64,000 nucleotides of DNA from a virus, in IMG/VR virus record IMGVR_UViG_3300027759_000075, positions 10,333 to 74,332 of that record; one strand, given 5' to 3'. The position numbers and the translations under genes are program-made. Shown here piece by piece: positions 8,468 through 18,006 of this stretch. The notes below the pieces were generated by a model that saw only the letters and a program-made list of their open reading frames with translations, was not told the DNA's origin and made no database searches. Each line of letters begins with the position of its first letter. Position 1 is the first letter of the stretch.

Positions 8468-8978
8468 GTCCGGTTATTTGTAGTGTGTATCTTGGTGTCA
8501 ATCCTAAATTGGCTGCCATGTGTGGAGTGTCATAGGCCCATTCAACTGTGGCACCGGCTTTCCAATCAGTATAGGGTCTACTTAAACTTTCAAAATAATG
8601 TCCAGGTTGCCAGTCTTCTAAAAATACTATAGCACGACGGATAGTGTGTTCTTGGCCTTTGAGATCAAATAAGTCAATGTATTTTAAATATAAATCACCG
8701 TGTGTAGGCAACACTGTTCCGGTGTTCATTCTATAATAACTGGTGCCAACGTCTTTCCACCCTTGACCAGTAAAAATGTCTAGGAAACGTTGATTCCAGC
8801 TGGGTTGTGGACTGCGCATGTCGCACATGTCTCCAGTGAATCGATTGGCATACCCTTGAGTTAACCATTGCTGAGCTAGTGCAATATCATTAAATGATTC
8901 ATTGATATAGTTTAATGTTTTGTACTCGTTATTCCAAAAAGGATACAGTTGATATCGGTGTATCATGTGCTGGGTCAT
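8454..8978 (-). CDS. 2OG-Fe(II) oxygenase-like (DSBH) protein
   Basis: LPTHGD (HxD), PHMAAN (distal His) and RYTLQITG (2OG-binding Arg). Confidence 0.65.
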   Translation of the reverse strand: MTQHMIHRYQLYPFWNNEYKTLNYINESFNDIALAQQWLTQGYANRFTGDMCDMRSPQPSWNQRFLDIFTGQGWKDVGTSYYRMNTGTVLPTHGDLYLKYIDLFDLKGQEHTIRRAIVFLEDWQPGHYFESLSRPYTDWKAGATVEWAYDTPHMAANLGLTPRYTLQITGHVDD

Positions 8979-9019
8979 ATTTTATTGATGCCTATGTTTT
9001 TATAATTAAATAACTTCAT

Positions 9020-10420
9020 ATGAATATTCCATTAGATCGATTGTATCAGTTTATCAATAATCTAGCCAATGAAATTTACGGAGATCGTGTAATAATTTAT
9101 CGTTTTTGGCCCAACGGCTCAAAAAATATCCAGGATTTAAATCATCTAGATGGTGAGTTGCCCAACAACTGGTATGATGAAAATATTACACCAGCCATAT
9201 GGTGTAATGATCAAGAACCACTGGATCATGAATTTTATGAAAAGAACCTCAGGCAACCTGGGTTATCAAGTAAATTTTTTGACCTGTTAAAATCATTAAA
9301 TGTATATGTGCCCCCTAAAAATTTAAATTATAACAAAAATATATTTGAAAAAGGTTTATTAATACACAGCGAAAAACTATCCAGTAACTTGAAAAAATAT
9401 AAACTAGATAATAATCTAATTCCAGTGTATTACTGGAGTCATGCTATAATTGCTCGAGACTGGTTTAGATACGCAGAACATGTTGAACAAAAAAAGAATG
9501 TCAAAAAAGCCTTCTTAATCTATAATCGTGCATGGGCTGGCACTAGAGAATATAGATTAAAATTTGCTGAACTGCTAATCGAATCAGGCTTAGAGAATTA
9601 TTGCCAAATCAGTATCAACCCAATTGAGCCTCAATTGGGCATACACTACAAAATGCACAAATTTAAAAATCCAAACTGGCAACCTCATATTGTATTAGAA
9701 AATTTCTTTTCAATCAACACTGCACCCAGTCATTACAGTGCCGATTTTGACACAGTAGACTATAACTTTACTGATATCGAAGTGGTACTTGAAACGCTGT
9801 TTGACGATAAGCGATTACATCTGACTGAAAAAAGTCTACGACCTATTGCTTGTGGACAACCTTTTATTCTTGCAAGCACATCAGGCAGTTTAGAATATTT
9901 GCGCAGTTACGGATTTAAAACATTTGGACATATCTGGGATGAACAGTATGATTTAGAGCAAGATTCAGAAACACGGTTGATACAAATTGCGGATCTTATG
10001 AAGTCGATTGCCAACTGGAGTCCCAAGATTCGAGAACAAAAAATGGCACAAGCTCAAGCTATTGTTGAATACAATCGTAAATACTTTTTTAGTAAAGAAT
10101 TTTTTGATTTTGTAATTGATGAATTAAAAACAAATTTAAAATTAGCATTTGACGAGTTTGAGCAGTCCAATAATTATAAAACCTGGATTGACCGTTGGGC
10201 CCAATTAATATCGTATCCAGAAATACAACATTTTTTGAATAGCAATCAAGACTCCGCACAACCAACAATGTCTCAGTTGACCCGTATACAAGCGTTAATA
10301 AAAAATAAATTAAAAGGCAATAATACTGAAACTATAGAAAACCCTAAACATAGAACAACCGAACGCCCTAGTGGTGCCCAGAATCCAAGTGACAGTTCTA
10401 TACATCCGATTAAAAAATAG
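9020..10420 (+). CDS. Hypothetical protein, GT10/glycosyltransferase-like C-terminal region
   Basis: VVLET...LTEKSLRPIACGQPFIL...YLRSYGFKTF...DEQYD; TAAATA directly upstream. Confidence 0.5.
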   Translation: MNIPLDRLYQFINNLANEIYGDRVIIYRFWPNGSKNIQDLNHLDGELPNNWYDENITPAIWCNDQEPLDHEFYEKNLRQPGLSSKFFDLLKSLNVYVPPKNLNYNKNIFEKGLLIHSEKLSSNLKKYKLDNNLIPVYYWSHAIIARDWFRYAEHVEQKKNVKKAFLIYNRAWAGTREYRLKFAELLIESGLENYCQISINPIEPQLGIHYKMHKFKNPNWQPHIVLENFFSINTAPSHYSADFDTVDYNFTDIEVVLETLFDDKRLHLTEKSLRPIACGQPFILASTSGSLEYLRSYGFKTFGHIWDEQYDLEQDSETRLIQIADLMKSIANWSPKIREQKMAQAQAIVEYNRKYFFSKEFFDFVIDELKTNLKLAFDEFEQSNNYKTWIDRWAQLISYPEIQHFLNSNQDSAQPTMSQLTRIQALIKNKLKGNNTETIENPKHRTTERPSGAQNPSDSSIHPIKK

Positions 10421-10510
10421 TACACTGTTGTTGAATAACAGAAAAAAACAAAAAAGTCTAACATCAATTATATATGTTTTATTTTACCAGTGGGTTGTGT
10501 ATTTTACTGT

Positions 10511-10711
10511 CTATTTGTTTGCGTGATACACTTGTCCTTTAATAACAACCATTCCGTCTTTGACTGCTTGTAGATACAGTTGCCCCCAGCGTTCGGCCAC
10601 ATTCGAGTCACCTATGTATGGGGAGATTGTTTTGCCAGTGTCGTCAGTCCAGTACCAAGTGACATTCATTGCATCGCCATAGTGTTGTAATTGTATATTG
10701 GCTTTGTCCAT
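10511..10711 (-). CDS. Hypothetical protein
   Basis: 66 aa, TAATG-coupled to the upstream ORF. Confidence 0.5.
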   Translation of the reverse strand: MDKANIQLQHYGDAMNVTWYWTDDTGKTISPYIGDSNVAERWGQLYLQAVKDGMVVIKGQVYHANK

Positions 10712-10896
10712 TATTTTAGTATTTTCTTGTTTAAAATCTTTACAGCTATATGATAAGCTTCTTCGTGATCCAATGCTTCAACTGTTTCAAAATCTGTTTG
10801 TCCATCTTGAGTTTGATAAACAACATTCCATAGTTTACCGTTAACATGTGTAACACTTGTAACAAAAAACAACTGCAACTGTAGGCCGGGTATCAC
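10711..10896 (-). CDS. Hypothetical protein
   Basis: 61 aa; GTGA overlap with the upstream micro-ORF. Confidence 0.5.
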   Translation of the reverse strand: MIPGLQLQLFFVTSVTHVNGKLWNVVYQTQDGQTDFETVEALDHEEAYHIAVKILNKKILK

Positions 10897-10979
10897 GTGA
10901 TCTTTGCCAAAGCTTCTAACATGGCAAGACCTAGTGATCCTATAAGGACCAGTGCAAATACTATCGGTGCTAAATTCAT
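10893..10979 (-). CDS. 28-aa membrane micro-peptide (MNLAPIVFALVLIGSLGLAMLEALAKIT)
   Basis: Read by hand; AAGGAG SD; single hydrophobic helix. Confidence 0.55.
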   Translation of the reverse strand: MNLAPIVFALVLIGSLGLAMLEALAKIT

Positions 10980-11005
10980 ATCATTCTCCTTTGGTAAAAT
11001 TTTTA

Positions 11006-11119
11006 TCAACGTGATTGTGTTGCTGTAACTCGTTGTGACTGACTTCGCATGACATCAGATTCCAGCACTATCATTGACAATAAAACAACTAATATGGCTA
11101 TAAAAAATAAAGGTTGCAT
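11006..11119 (-). CDS. 37-aa membrane micro-peptide (MQPLFFIAILVVLLSMIVLESD...)
   Basis: Read by hand; starts immediately after the upstream stop; hydrophobic N-terminus. Confidence 0.45.
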   Translation of the reverse strand: MQPLFFIAILVVLLSMIVLESDVMRSQSQRVTATQSR

Positions 11120-11120
11120 G

Positions 11121-11561
11121 TTATTTGTATAATTTAAAAAAGTAAGTGACCAAGGCCGCTGCAGTCATGCACCACCAAAACGCTTGAACTTGGCGTTGCC
11201 GGTCATAATCTACCAGCTTGTCTTCTTCTTCTTTTTCCTTTTGCAGTTTGGCCTTTAGGGCCTCTACTTCAATCCAGGCATTTTTTCCATGTTTGCGTAT
11301 GGTATCCTGTTTGACCTTTTCTATTTCTTTTTCGTGTGCCTTTTGTTGTTCGTATTTTTCTACAGCACGTACTTCTAACATAGCAGCACGCCTTTCCTCT
11401 GCCAGCTTGGCCTGAACTCGTGCTCGATGTTGTTGTTGTACTGCTGCTTCCATATCGGCTTGCTGTGAAGTCACAACTGACCCTAGTTCTTTACCTGCGG
11501 CTTGTGCTCCTTTTAGTGTGCTGGCCGCTGACTTTGCTCCGCTTACTGGATCCATAACCAT
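11121..11561 (-). CDS. Coiled-coil protein with C-terminal membrane anchor
   Basis: Glu/Lys/Gln/Ala-rich helix ending in FWWCMTAAALVTYFF. Confidence 0.6.
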   Translation of the reverse strand: MVMDPVSGAKSAASTLKGAQAAGKELGSVVTSQQADMEAAVQQQHRARVQAKLAEERRAAMLEVRAVEKYEQQKAHEKEIEKVKQDTIRKHGKNAWIEVEALKAKLQKEKEEEDKLVDYDRQRQVQAFWWCMTAAALVTYFFKLYK

Positions 11562-12079
11562 ATGGCCTCGGTCATTGATATAGAACCTAGGATACCAACC
11601 GCAATGCTGGCCCAGAACAGATTCATGTTGACTGCCAAGATACTAGCAGTTAATAGTACAATGGCTATTTGGAACAAGCTACCAGCATAGGTATACCAAG
11701 GACTACGATTTTTAGCATCAGCCCTGCTGACTTCCAAGTGTTTAGCTTTGGCCATTAATTCGCGTTTGCCTTCACCTGTAGCAGGATCAGATTCGTATCG
11801 ATCAATCCGGGCCTGTAGGTCTTGAGCCTTTTTCTTGTCGCCCGAACGCACAGCATCATCGTGTGCCATTTCAGCTAGAGTTTGTTTGATACTTTTGGCT
11901 TGATAAAATGCCCAGGTGTTGTTGGCATCTATGGTATTGTTAAGTATTCGACTGGAATTTGATCCGCCCATTAAGGTGTTGATAGCCAACAGGGCTGCAA
12001 GTACAGTAATTATCCATCCAGCACGGTCTTTGATGTGTGTTTCTCTTTCGCTCCTAGAGAGAGATTTTACTTCGGACAT
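11543..12079 (-). CDS. DUF4337-like membrane protein
   Basis: TM segment, NNTWAFYQAKSIK motif, coiled coil and two C-terminal TM segments. Confidence 0.7.
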   Translation of the reverse strand: MSEVKSLSRSERETHIKDRAGWIITVLAALLAINTLMGGSNSSRILNNTIDANNTWAFYQAKSIKQTLAEMAHDDAVRSGDKKKAQDLQARIDRYESDPATGEGKRELMAKAKHLEVSRADAKNRSPWYTYAGSLFQIAIVLLTASILAVNMNLFWASIAVGILGSISMTEAIWLWIQ

Positions 12080-12141
12080 ACTTACTCCTTATTGTTATTA
12101 TTATAACAGTATTTAATGAGGAGTTAGTAAGGAATTATATG

Positions 12142-12492
12142 CTAGGTTTTTGGTATTACAGGGGACCAACGGTCATCAAGGGTTAACGTCTTTAGACGGT
12201 TCACTCTGGAGCGAATGTCTTCATAAAAAGAGTCAACTTCGCCGCCCCATTTGCCTACTAATTGCTCTATAGCTTGTTCGCATTGATCCCAGTTGCGTTG
12301 ACCGTAACTTGCTATTAGGTCAGCATGTACAGCTTTGAGATTTTCTGTTTCTGACAATTCAGTAATGGGAATGTTTTCAACCACACAGCAAACTGTGTGT
12401 GTTGATCCATCTGGAATACTAAAAGTATCCAGGTCTAATACCACATATCGTTTCTCTATGTCTGCCGAATTCTCTTTAAAAATTATGTTCAT
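12142..12492 (-). CDS. Hypothetical protein
   Basis: 116 aa with AGGA SD; helical C-terminus (YGQRNWDQC...WGGEVDSFY). Confidence 0.6.
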   Translation of the reverse strand: MNIIFKENSADIEKRYVVLDLDTFSIPDGSTHTVCCVVENIPITELSETENLKAVHADLIASYGQRNWDQCEQAIEQLVGKWGGEVDSFYEDIRSRVNRLKTLTLDDRWSPVIPKT

Positions 12493-12517
12493 CTTGATCC
12501 TCTCTTAAATAGTTATC

Positions 12518-13309
12518 ATGACTTTTGCTTTTGATTTAATTTCTGACCTACATGTTGAAACCTGGGACAGCTTTGACTGGACTGGGCAAGCCACCAGCCC
12601 GTACTGTGTTGTTGCTGGGGATGTAGCACGTGATCGTCAACTACTGCTGGACGCATTAACCCATCTTGGCCAGTGTTACCCGGGTGGTGTTTTTTACGTT
12701 GATGGCAACGAAGAGCACAAAGATTATCTTGATGATCTAGGAGCCAGTTACCGAGATTTAGCCAAGGATATAGATGCTATAAAAAATGTAGTGTACCTGC
12801 AGGACAATGTGGTTATTGTAAATGGAGTAGCATTGTTAGGTACCAATGCTTGGTGGACTTATGACTTTGATCCGGAAGTAAATGTGGATACCAGCATACA
12901 ACACATACAAGATCATTTTGGCATCGATAGTTCAGCAGCCACAAACATCATGGGCGTGGCCTACAACGATGCGGCCTACATGATCAACAGTGTACACAAA
13001 CTACAAACTCACCAAGAAGTAGGGGTCATAGTCATAGTCAGCCACACAGTTCCAGCACCCTGGGTCATTAGACACGATCCAGAACTGGTAGGAACTTGGA
13101 GATTTAACGGCATGGGCAACAGTCATATCACACGAGCCATCAACGAAGATACCGAAAACAAAATTAAAACATGGTGCTTTGGGCACTATCATAGGCCCGT
13201 ACATCAACAACTGGATGGAATAGAGTACATATCTAACCCTCGTGGTCGTGGCAACACCGATTGGTGTCAACCAGCTTACTATCCAAAAAGAATAGAAATA
13301 AAAATTTAA
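12518..13309 (+). CDS. Calcineurin-like metallophosphoesterase
   Basis: SDLH, AGD, GNEE(H), SH and GHYH motifs. Confidence 0.85.
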   Translation: MTFAFDLISDLHVETWDSFDWTGQATSPYCVVAGDVARDRQLLLDALTHLGQCYPGGVFYVDGNEEHKDYLDDLGASYRDLAKDIDAIKNVVYLQDNVVIVNGVALLGTNAWWTYDFDPEVNVDTSIQHIQDHFGIDSSAATNIMGVAYNDAAYMINSVHKLQTHQEVGVIVIVSHTVPAPWVIRHDPELVGTWRFNGMGNSHITRAINEDTENKIKTWCFGHYHRPVHQQLDGIEYISNPRGRGNTDWCQPAYYPKRIEIKI

Positions 13310-13614
13310 ACCGTTTCGGGTTCTAGTTTGATTTGCAAGGGATAATCACGGCTACGAGCACATACCGTGACTTCGATACCTTTTTGTTCAGCAATCTCAT
13401 ATGGCAATACTGCTACCACAGCTGATCCAGAGTTATGAATATCTTGTGTAATCTCCATGGCCGTTTGTTCAGTATAGTTGAATGAATCTAACAAGGTTTC
13501 GATTACAAACTCCATAGGTGTGGTGTTATCGTTAAGATAGATAATCTTAAACATCGGTGGCTCTGAGAGACCTTGATTGATTTGTGTTTTTGTAACTGTG
13601 CCAGCTTGTGACAT
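13306..13614 (-). CDS. clpS: Clp protease adaptor ClpS
   Basis: PPMFKIIYLNDNTTPMEFV...IHNSG.AVV...YEIAEQK...YPL. Confidence 0.9.
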   Translation of the reverse strand: MSQAGTVTKTQINQGLSEPPMFKIIYLNDNTTPMEFVIETLLDSFNYTEQTAMEITQDIHNSGSAVVAVLPYEIAEQKGIEVTVCARSRDYPLQIKLEPETV

Positions 13615-13674
13615 GTTTGGTCCCTTTAATGTAGTGGAGAGCAACATGCCCTCCACTGTATTTACTATATTATA

Positions 13675-14121
13675 TTATTTCTTGTAGGTAATAGCAATAG
13701 TCTTTGGTAGAAGTGCTTCAGGAACACGACGCTCTAAGCTAACAGTGAGAATACCATCTTGACTTTGAGCATCAATAACTTCTACATAATCTGCCAAGGT
13801 AAATGTACGTATAAAACGACGAGCACTAATACCTTGATGCTCATACACTTGTCCTTCAGGCAACTCAGTGGACAGCTTTTCACCAGTGATGATTAATTGA
13901 CCTTCGTTAACATTAACTGTGACTTCACCCTGAGAAAAGCCAGCAACAGCTACTTGAATTTCGTAGGTGTTTTCGCCAGTCTTTACAATATTGTACGGTG
14001 GATAGTTAGTAGTTGTTGCGGCCGCTGTATCAATTTGATGAATCATACGATCAAATAAATGATCGATACCAACGGAATTACGATAGAATGGACTGAGGTC
14101 CAGAGTTGTGAGTCTTGTCAT
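13675..14121 (-). CDS. ibpA: Small heat-shock protein (Hsp20, IbpA-like)
   Basis: NYPPYNI, VAVAGF, HQGISARRF.RTFTLA, DGIL and the C-terminal IxI (TIAI). Confidence 0.93.
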   Translation of the reverse strand: MTRLTTLDLSPFYRNSVGIDHLFDRMIHQIDTAAATTTNYPPYNIVKTGENTYEIQVAVAGFSQGEVTVNVNEGQLIITGEKLSTELPEGQVYEHQGISARRFIRTFTLADYVEVIDAQSQDGILTVSLERRVPEALLPKTIAITYKK

Positions 14122-14127
14122 TGTTTT

Positions 14128-14218
14128 CTCCTTTAATTAAACGAAGTGACATATAGTGTGGACCCGACCATCGGCATCCACACTATTATTTATAACAGAT
14201 TTTTACATATCTGTCAAG
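14128..14218 (-). promoter_or_regulatory. hsp20 promoter and structured leader (ROSE-like RNA thermometer)
   Basis: TTGACA-17-TATAAATA composite promoter; hairpin 14153-14186; SD-occluding CUUCGUUUAAUUAAAGGAG with a bulged G. Confidence 0.6.
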
Positions 14219-15865
<1,647 letters not shown>

Positions 15866-16153
15866 TTATTCTACAATTGCCATTACGTCATCTTCTTTGA
15901 GGATGAGGTATTCTTCACTATCGACCTTGATTGTTTGTCCAGCGTGTTTGCTAAACAACACACGGTCACCAATTTTTACATCCATTGGTACTACTGTACC
16001 ATCTTCAGTAACACGGCCTCCACCAGCAGCTAATACTTCACCTTGGCTGGGTTTTTCTGTTGCTGCATCCGGAATAATAATTCCAGATTTAGTAGCAGTT
16101 TCGGCTTCCAATACTCGAATTACAATACGGTCCTTGATAGGTTTTAAATTCAT
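15866..16153 (-). CDS. groS: Co-chaperonin GroES
   Basis: [16 protein letters not shown] mobile loop, [19 protein letters not shown]. Confidence 0.97.
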   Translation of the reverse strand: MNLKPIKDRIVIRVLEAETATKSGIIIPDAATEKPSQGEVLAAGGGRVTEDGTVVPMDVKIGDRVLFSKHAGQTIKVDSEEYLILKEDDVMAIVE

Positions 16154-16195
16154 TCTGACTCCTTTTAAATGTAAATGATATTACCACAACACTAA

Positions 16196-16224
16196 ATTAT
16201 AACACAGGCAATGAGTTGTGTCAA
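16196..16224 (-). promoter_or_regulatory. Consensus sigma70 promoter of groES-groEL
   Basis: TTGACA-17-TATAAT, an exact consensus. Confidence 0.8.
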
Positions 16225-16298
16225 CAACTATGTTGTTAATTAGATAGATTTTGGGAGTATGACGCTAGGTCACGTAGGTGTGCTTTGACATATGATTT

Positions 16299-16360
16299 CT
16301 CCTTAAAAATAAGCAAGTAATAATGTAGACCCCACCCGGGCATCTACAATTTTATTTATA
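16299..16360 (-). promoter_or_regulatory. Second copy of the heat-shock leader (late promoter, hairpin, ROSE-like SD hairpin)
   Basis: TATAAATA; UGUAGAUGCC..GGGUCUACA hairpin; CUUGCUUAUUUUUAAGGAG; followed by only an 8-codon ORF, MSKHTYVT. Confidence 0.6.
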
Positions 16361-16366
16361 ACACTT

Positions 16367-16591
16367 TTACCACCGTCTGTCAATAAGTTGGTATTCTATT
16401 TTGGAATTCCAAGTGGTGGCAAATACAGTATAGTATTGAGCATTATCAAACGCCAATCTATGAGTGTATTTTATTGTTTTTTGTGTGTAAGGAATATTGT
16501 AACGAGTTGCCCAATCAACAATGTCAAGTCGAACAAGATTTAAAACGTACCCGTAACTTTCGTCTTGGGGCAATTCAAATTCTATAAACAC
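16367..16591 (-). CDS. Hypothetical protein
   Basis: Probable GTG start just after the rpsU stop; 74 aa. Confidence 0.55.
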   Translation of the reverse strand: MFIEFELPQDESYGYVLNLVRLDIVDWATRYNIPYTQKTIKYTHRLAFDNAQYYTVFATTWNSKIEYQLIDRRW

Positions 16592-16592
16592 A

Positions 16593-16814
16593 CTAGTAAA
16601 GTTTTTTTGGAAGTTGTTGGTCGCGTAAGCGTTTGCGTAAGCGGGCTCTAGCAGAACCTTTTTTACGTTTGCGTTCAGTGGTAGGTTTTTCGTAGGTTTC
16701 TCTAGCACGTAGTTCGTCTAACAACCCATCTTCTTGTATTTTTTTCTTAAATTTACGGAGAGCCTGGTCAACTTTGCCATCGACAACTTTAACTCCTCGT
16801 TTGTACTCTCTCAT
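16593..16814 (-). CDS. rpsU: 30S ribosomal protein bS21
   Basis: [11 protein letters not shown]...[19 protein letters not shown]; 73 aa and basic. Confidence 0.92.
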   Translation of the reverse strand: MREYKRGVKVVDGKVDQALRKFKKKIQEDGLLDELRARETYEKPTTERKRKKGSARARLRKRLRDQQLPKKLY

Positions 16815-18004
16815 GCATTTCCTTGTATCAGTGTCATAGGAGTATTTACCTGGGTTTTATTGATTGTAACCTGCAAAATATTGTTTTTTTGATAGCGAGG
16901 CAAATCAAACATGTGCGGTAACAATATGCGCTCTAGCTCGTTATGTAGGCCGCGGGCACCTGTTTTGGTTTTAAGTGTGCGTTCGGCTATAAGATCCAGG
17001 CTTTCTGCATCAAAATGTAATTCAACACCATCTTCTTCGAACAACCATTGATATTGTTCAACAAAATTGCCTTTTATCTGTGTAAGGATACTGACCAATT
17101 GGTCTTTATCAAGATCGTGTAGGGTTACATAACTACTAAAACGACCTACAAATTCAGGAATCATTCCATACTTGACTAAATCATCCGGGGTCACTGGTTC
17201 ATTATCAATGGCAGATGCAAGATGAGCTCCAAATCCTATAGCAGTTCCTCGAGCACGTCGTTGTATAATTGTGTTCATGCCAACAAAAGCGCCACCAGCG
17301 ATAAACAAAATATTGGTAGTATCAATTTCTACCGTTTCACTACTGTTGATTTTTTTATTTCCTTGAGCTGGTACACGACACTTGGTTCCTTCTATCAATT
17401 TAAGCAAGGCTTGTTGTACGCCTTCACCCGAAACATCTTTAGTAACTGTAGAACTTTCACTTTTTCTAGAAATTTTATCAATCTCATCTAGGAATATAAT
17501 ACCACGCTGACAACGTTCTACATCGCCATCAGCAGCAGTATATAGTCTTGTGATCATGCTTTCAACATCATCACCCACATAGCCAGCTTCAGTCAAGCAA
17601 GTGGCGTCGGCCACTACAAATGGCACATTTAAATATTGTGCCACAATTCGAGCCAACAAGGTCTTGCCTGTACCGGTTGGACCAAGCATAAGTATGTTGG
17701 CTTTTTGCACGTCAGTATCGGTTCGCTTGATACGTTTGTAATGATTGACTACTGCAACCCCCAGCACAATCTTGGCTTGATGTTGGCCAATTACATATTG
17801 ATCAAGATACTCTGTTATATCTTTAGGATCAGGAATAGTAACAGAGTTGTCCGTGGATTGCTTAACTGTTTTGCCATCTTTTAATAAATTACCGCACAAG
17901 TCCACACATTCATTACAAATGGCCACCTTATGACTTACAATTAATTTACCAACTCGATCTTTGTGTTTATCACAAAAACTACAATGGGCTAGTGCCTCTG
18001 ACAT
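16811..18004 (-). CDS. clpX: Clp protease ATPase ClpX
   Basis: C4 zinc finger (CSFC..ICNEC), [32 protein letters not shown] loop, TGARGL. Confidence 0.95.
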   Translation of the reverse strand: MSEALAHCSFCDKHKDRVGKLIVSHKVAICNECVDLCGNLLKDGKTVKQSTDNSVTIPDPKDITEYLDQYVIGQHQAKIVLGVAVVNHYKRIKRTDTDVQKANILMLGPTGTGKTLLARIVAQYLNVPFVVADATCLTEAGYVGDDVESMITRLYTAADGDVERCQRGIIFLDEIDKISRKSESSTVTKDVSGEGVQQALLKLIEGTKCRVPAQGNKKINSSETVEIDTTNILFIAGGAFVGMNTIIQRRARGTAIGFGAHLASAIDNEPVTPDDLVKYGMIPEFVGRFSSYVTLHDLDKDQLVSILTQIKGNFVEQYQWLFEEDGVELHFDAESLDLIAERTLKTKTGARGLHNELERILLPHMFDLPRYQKNNILQVTINKTQVNTPMTLIQGNA

Positions 18005-18006
18005 TT

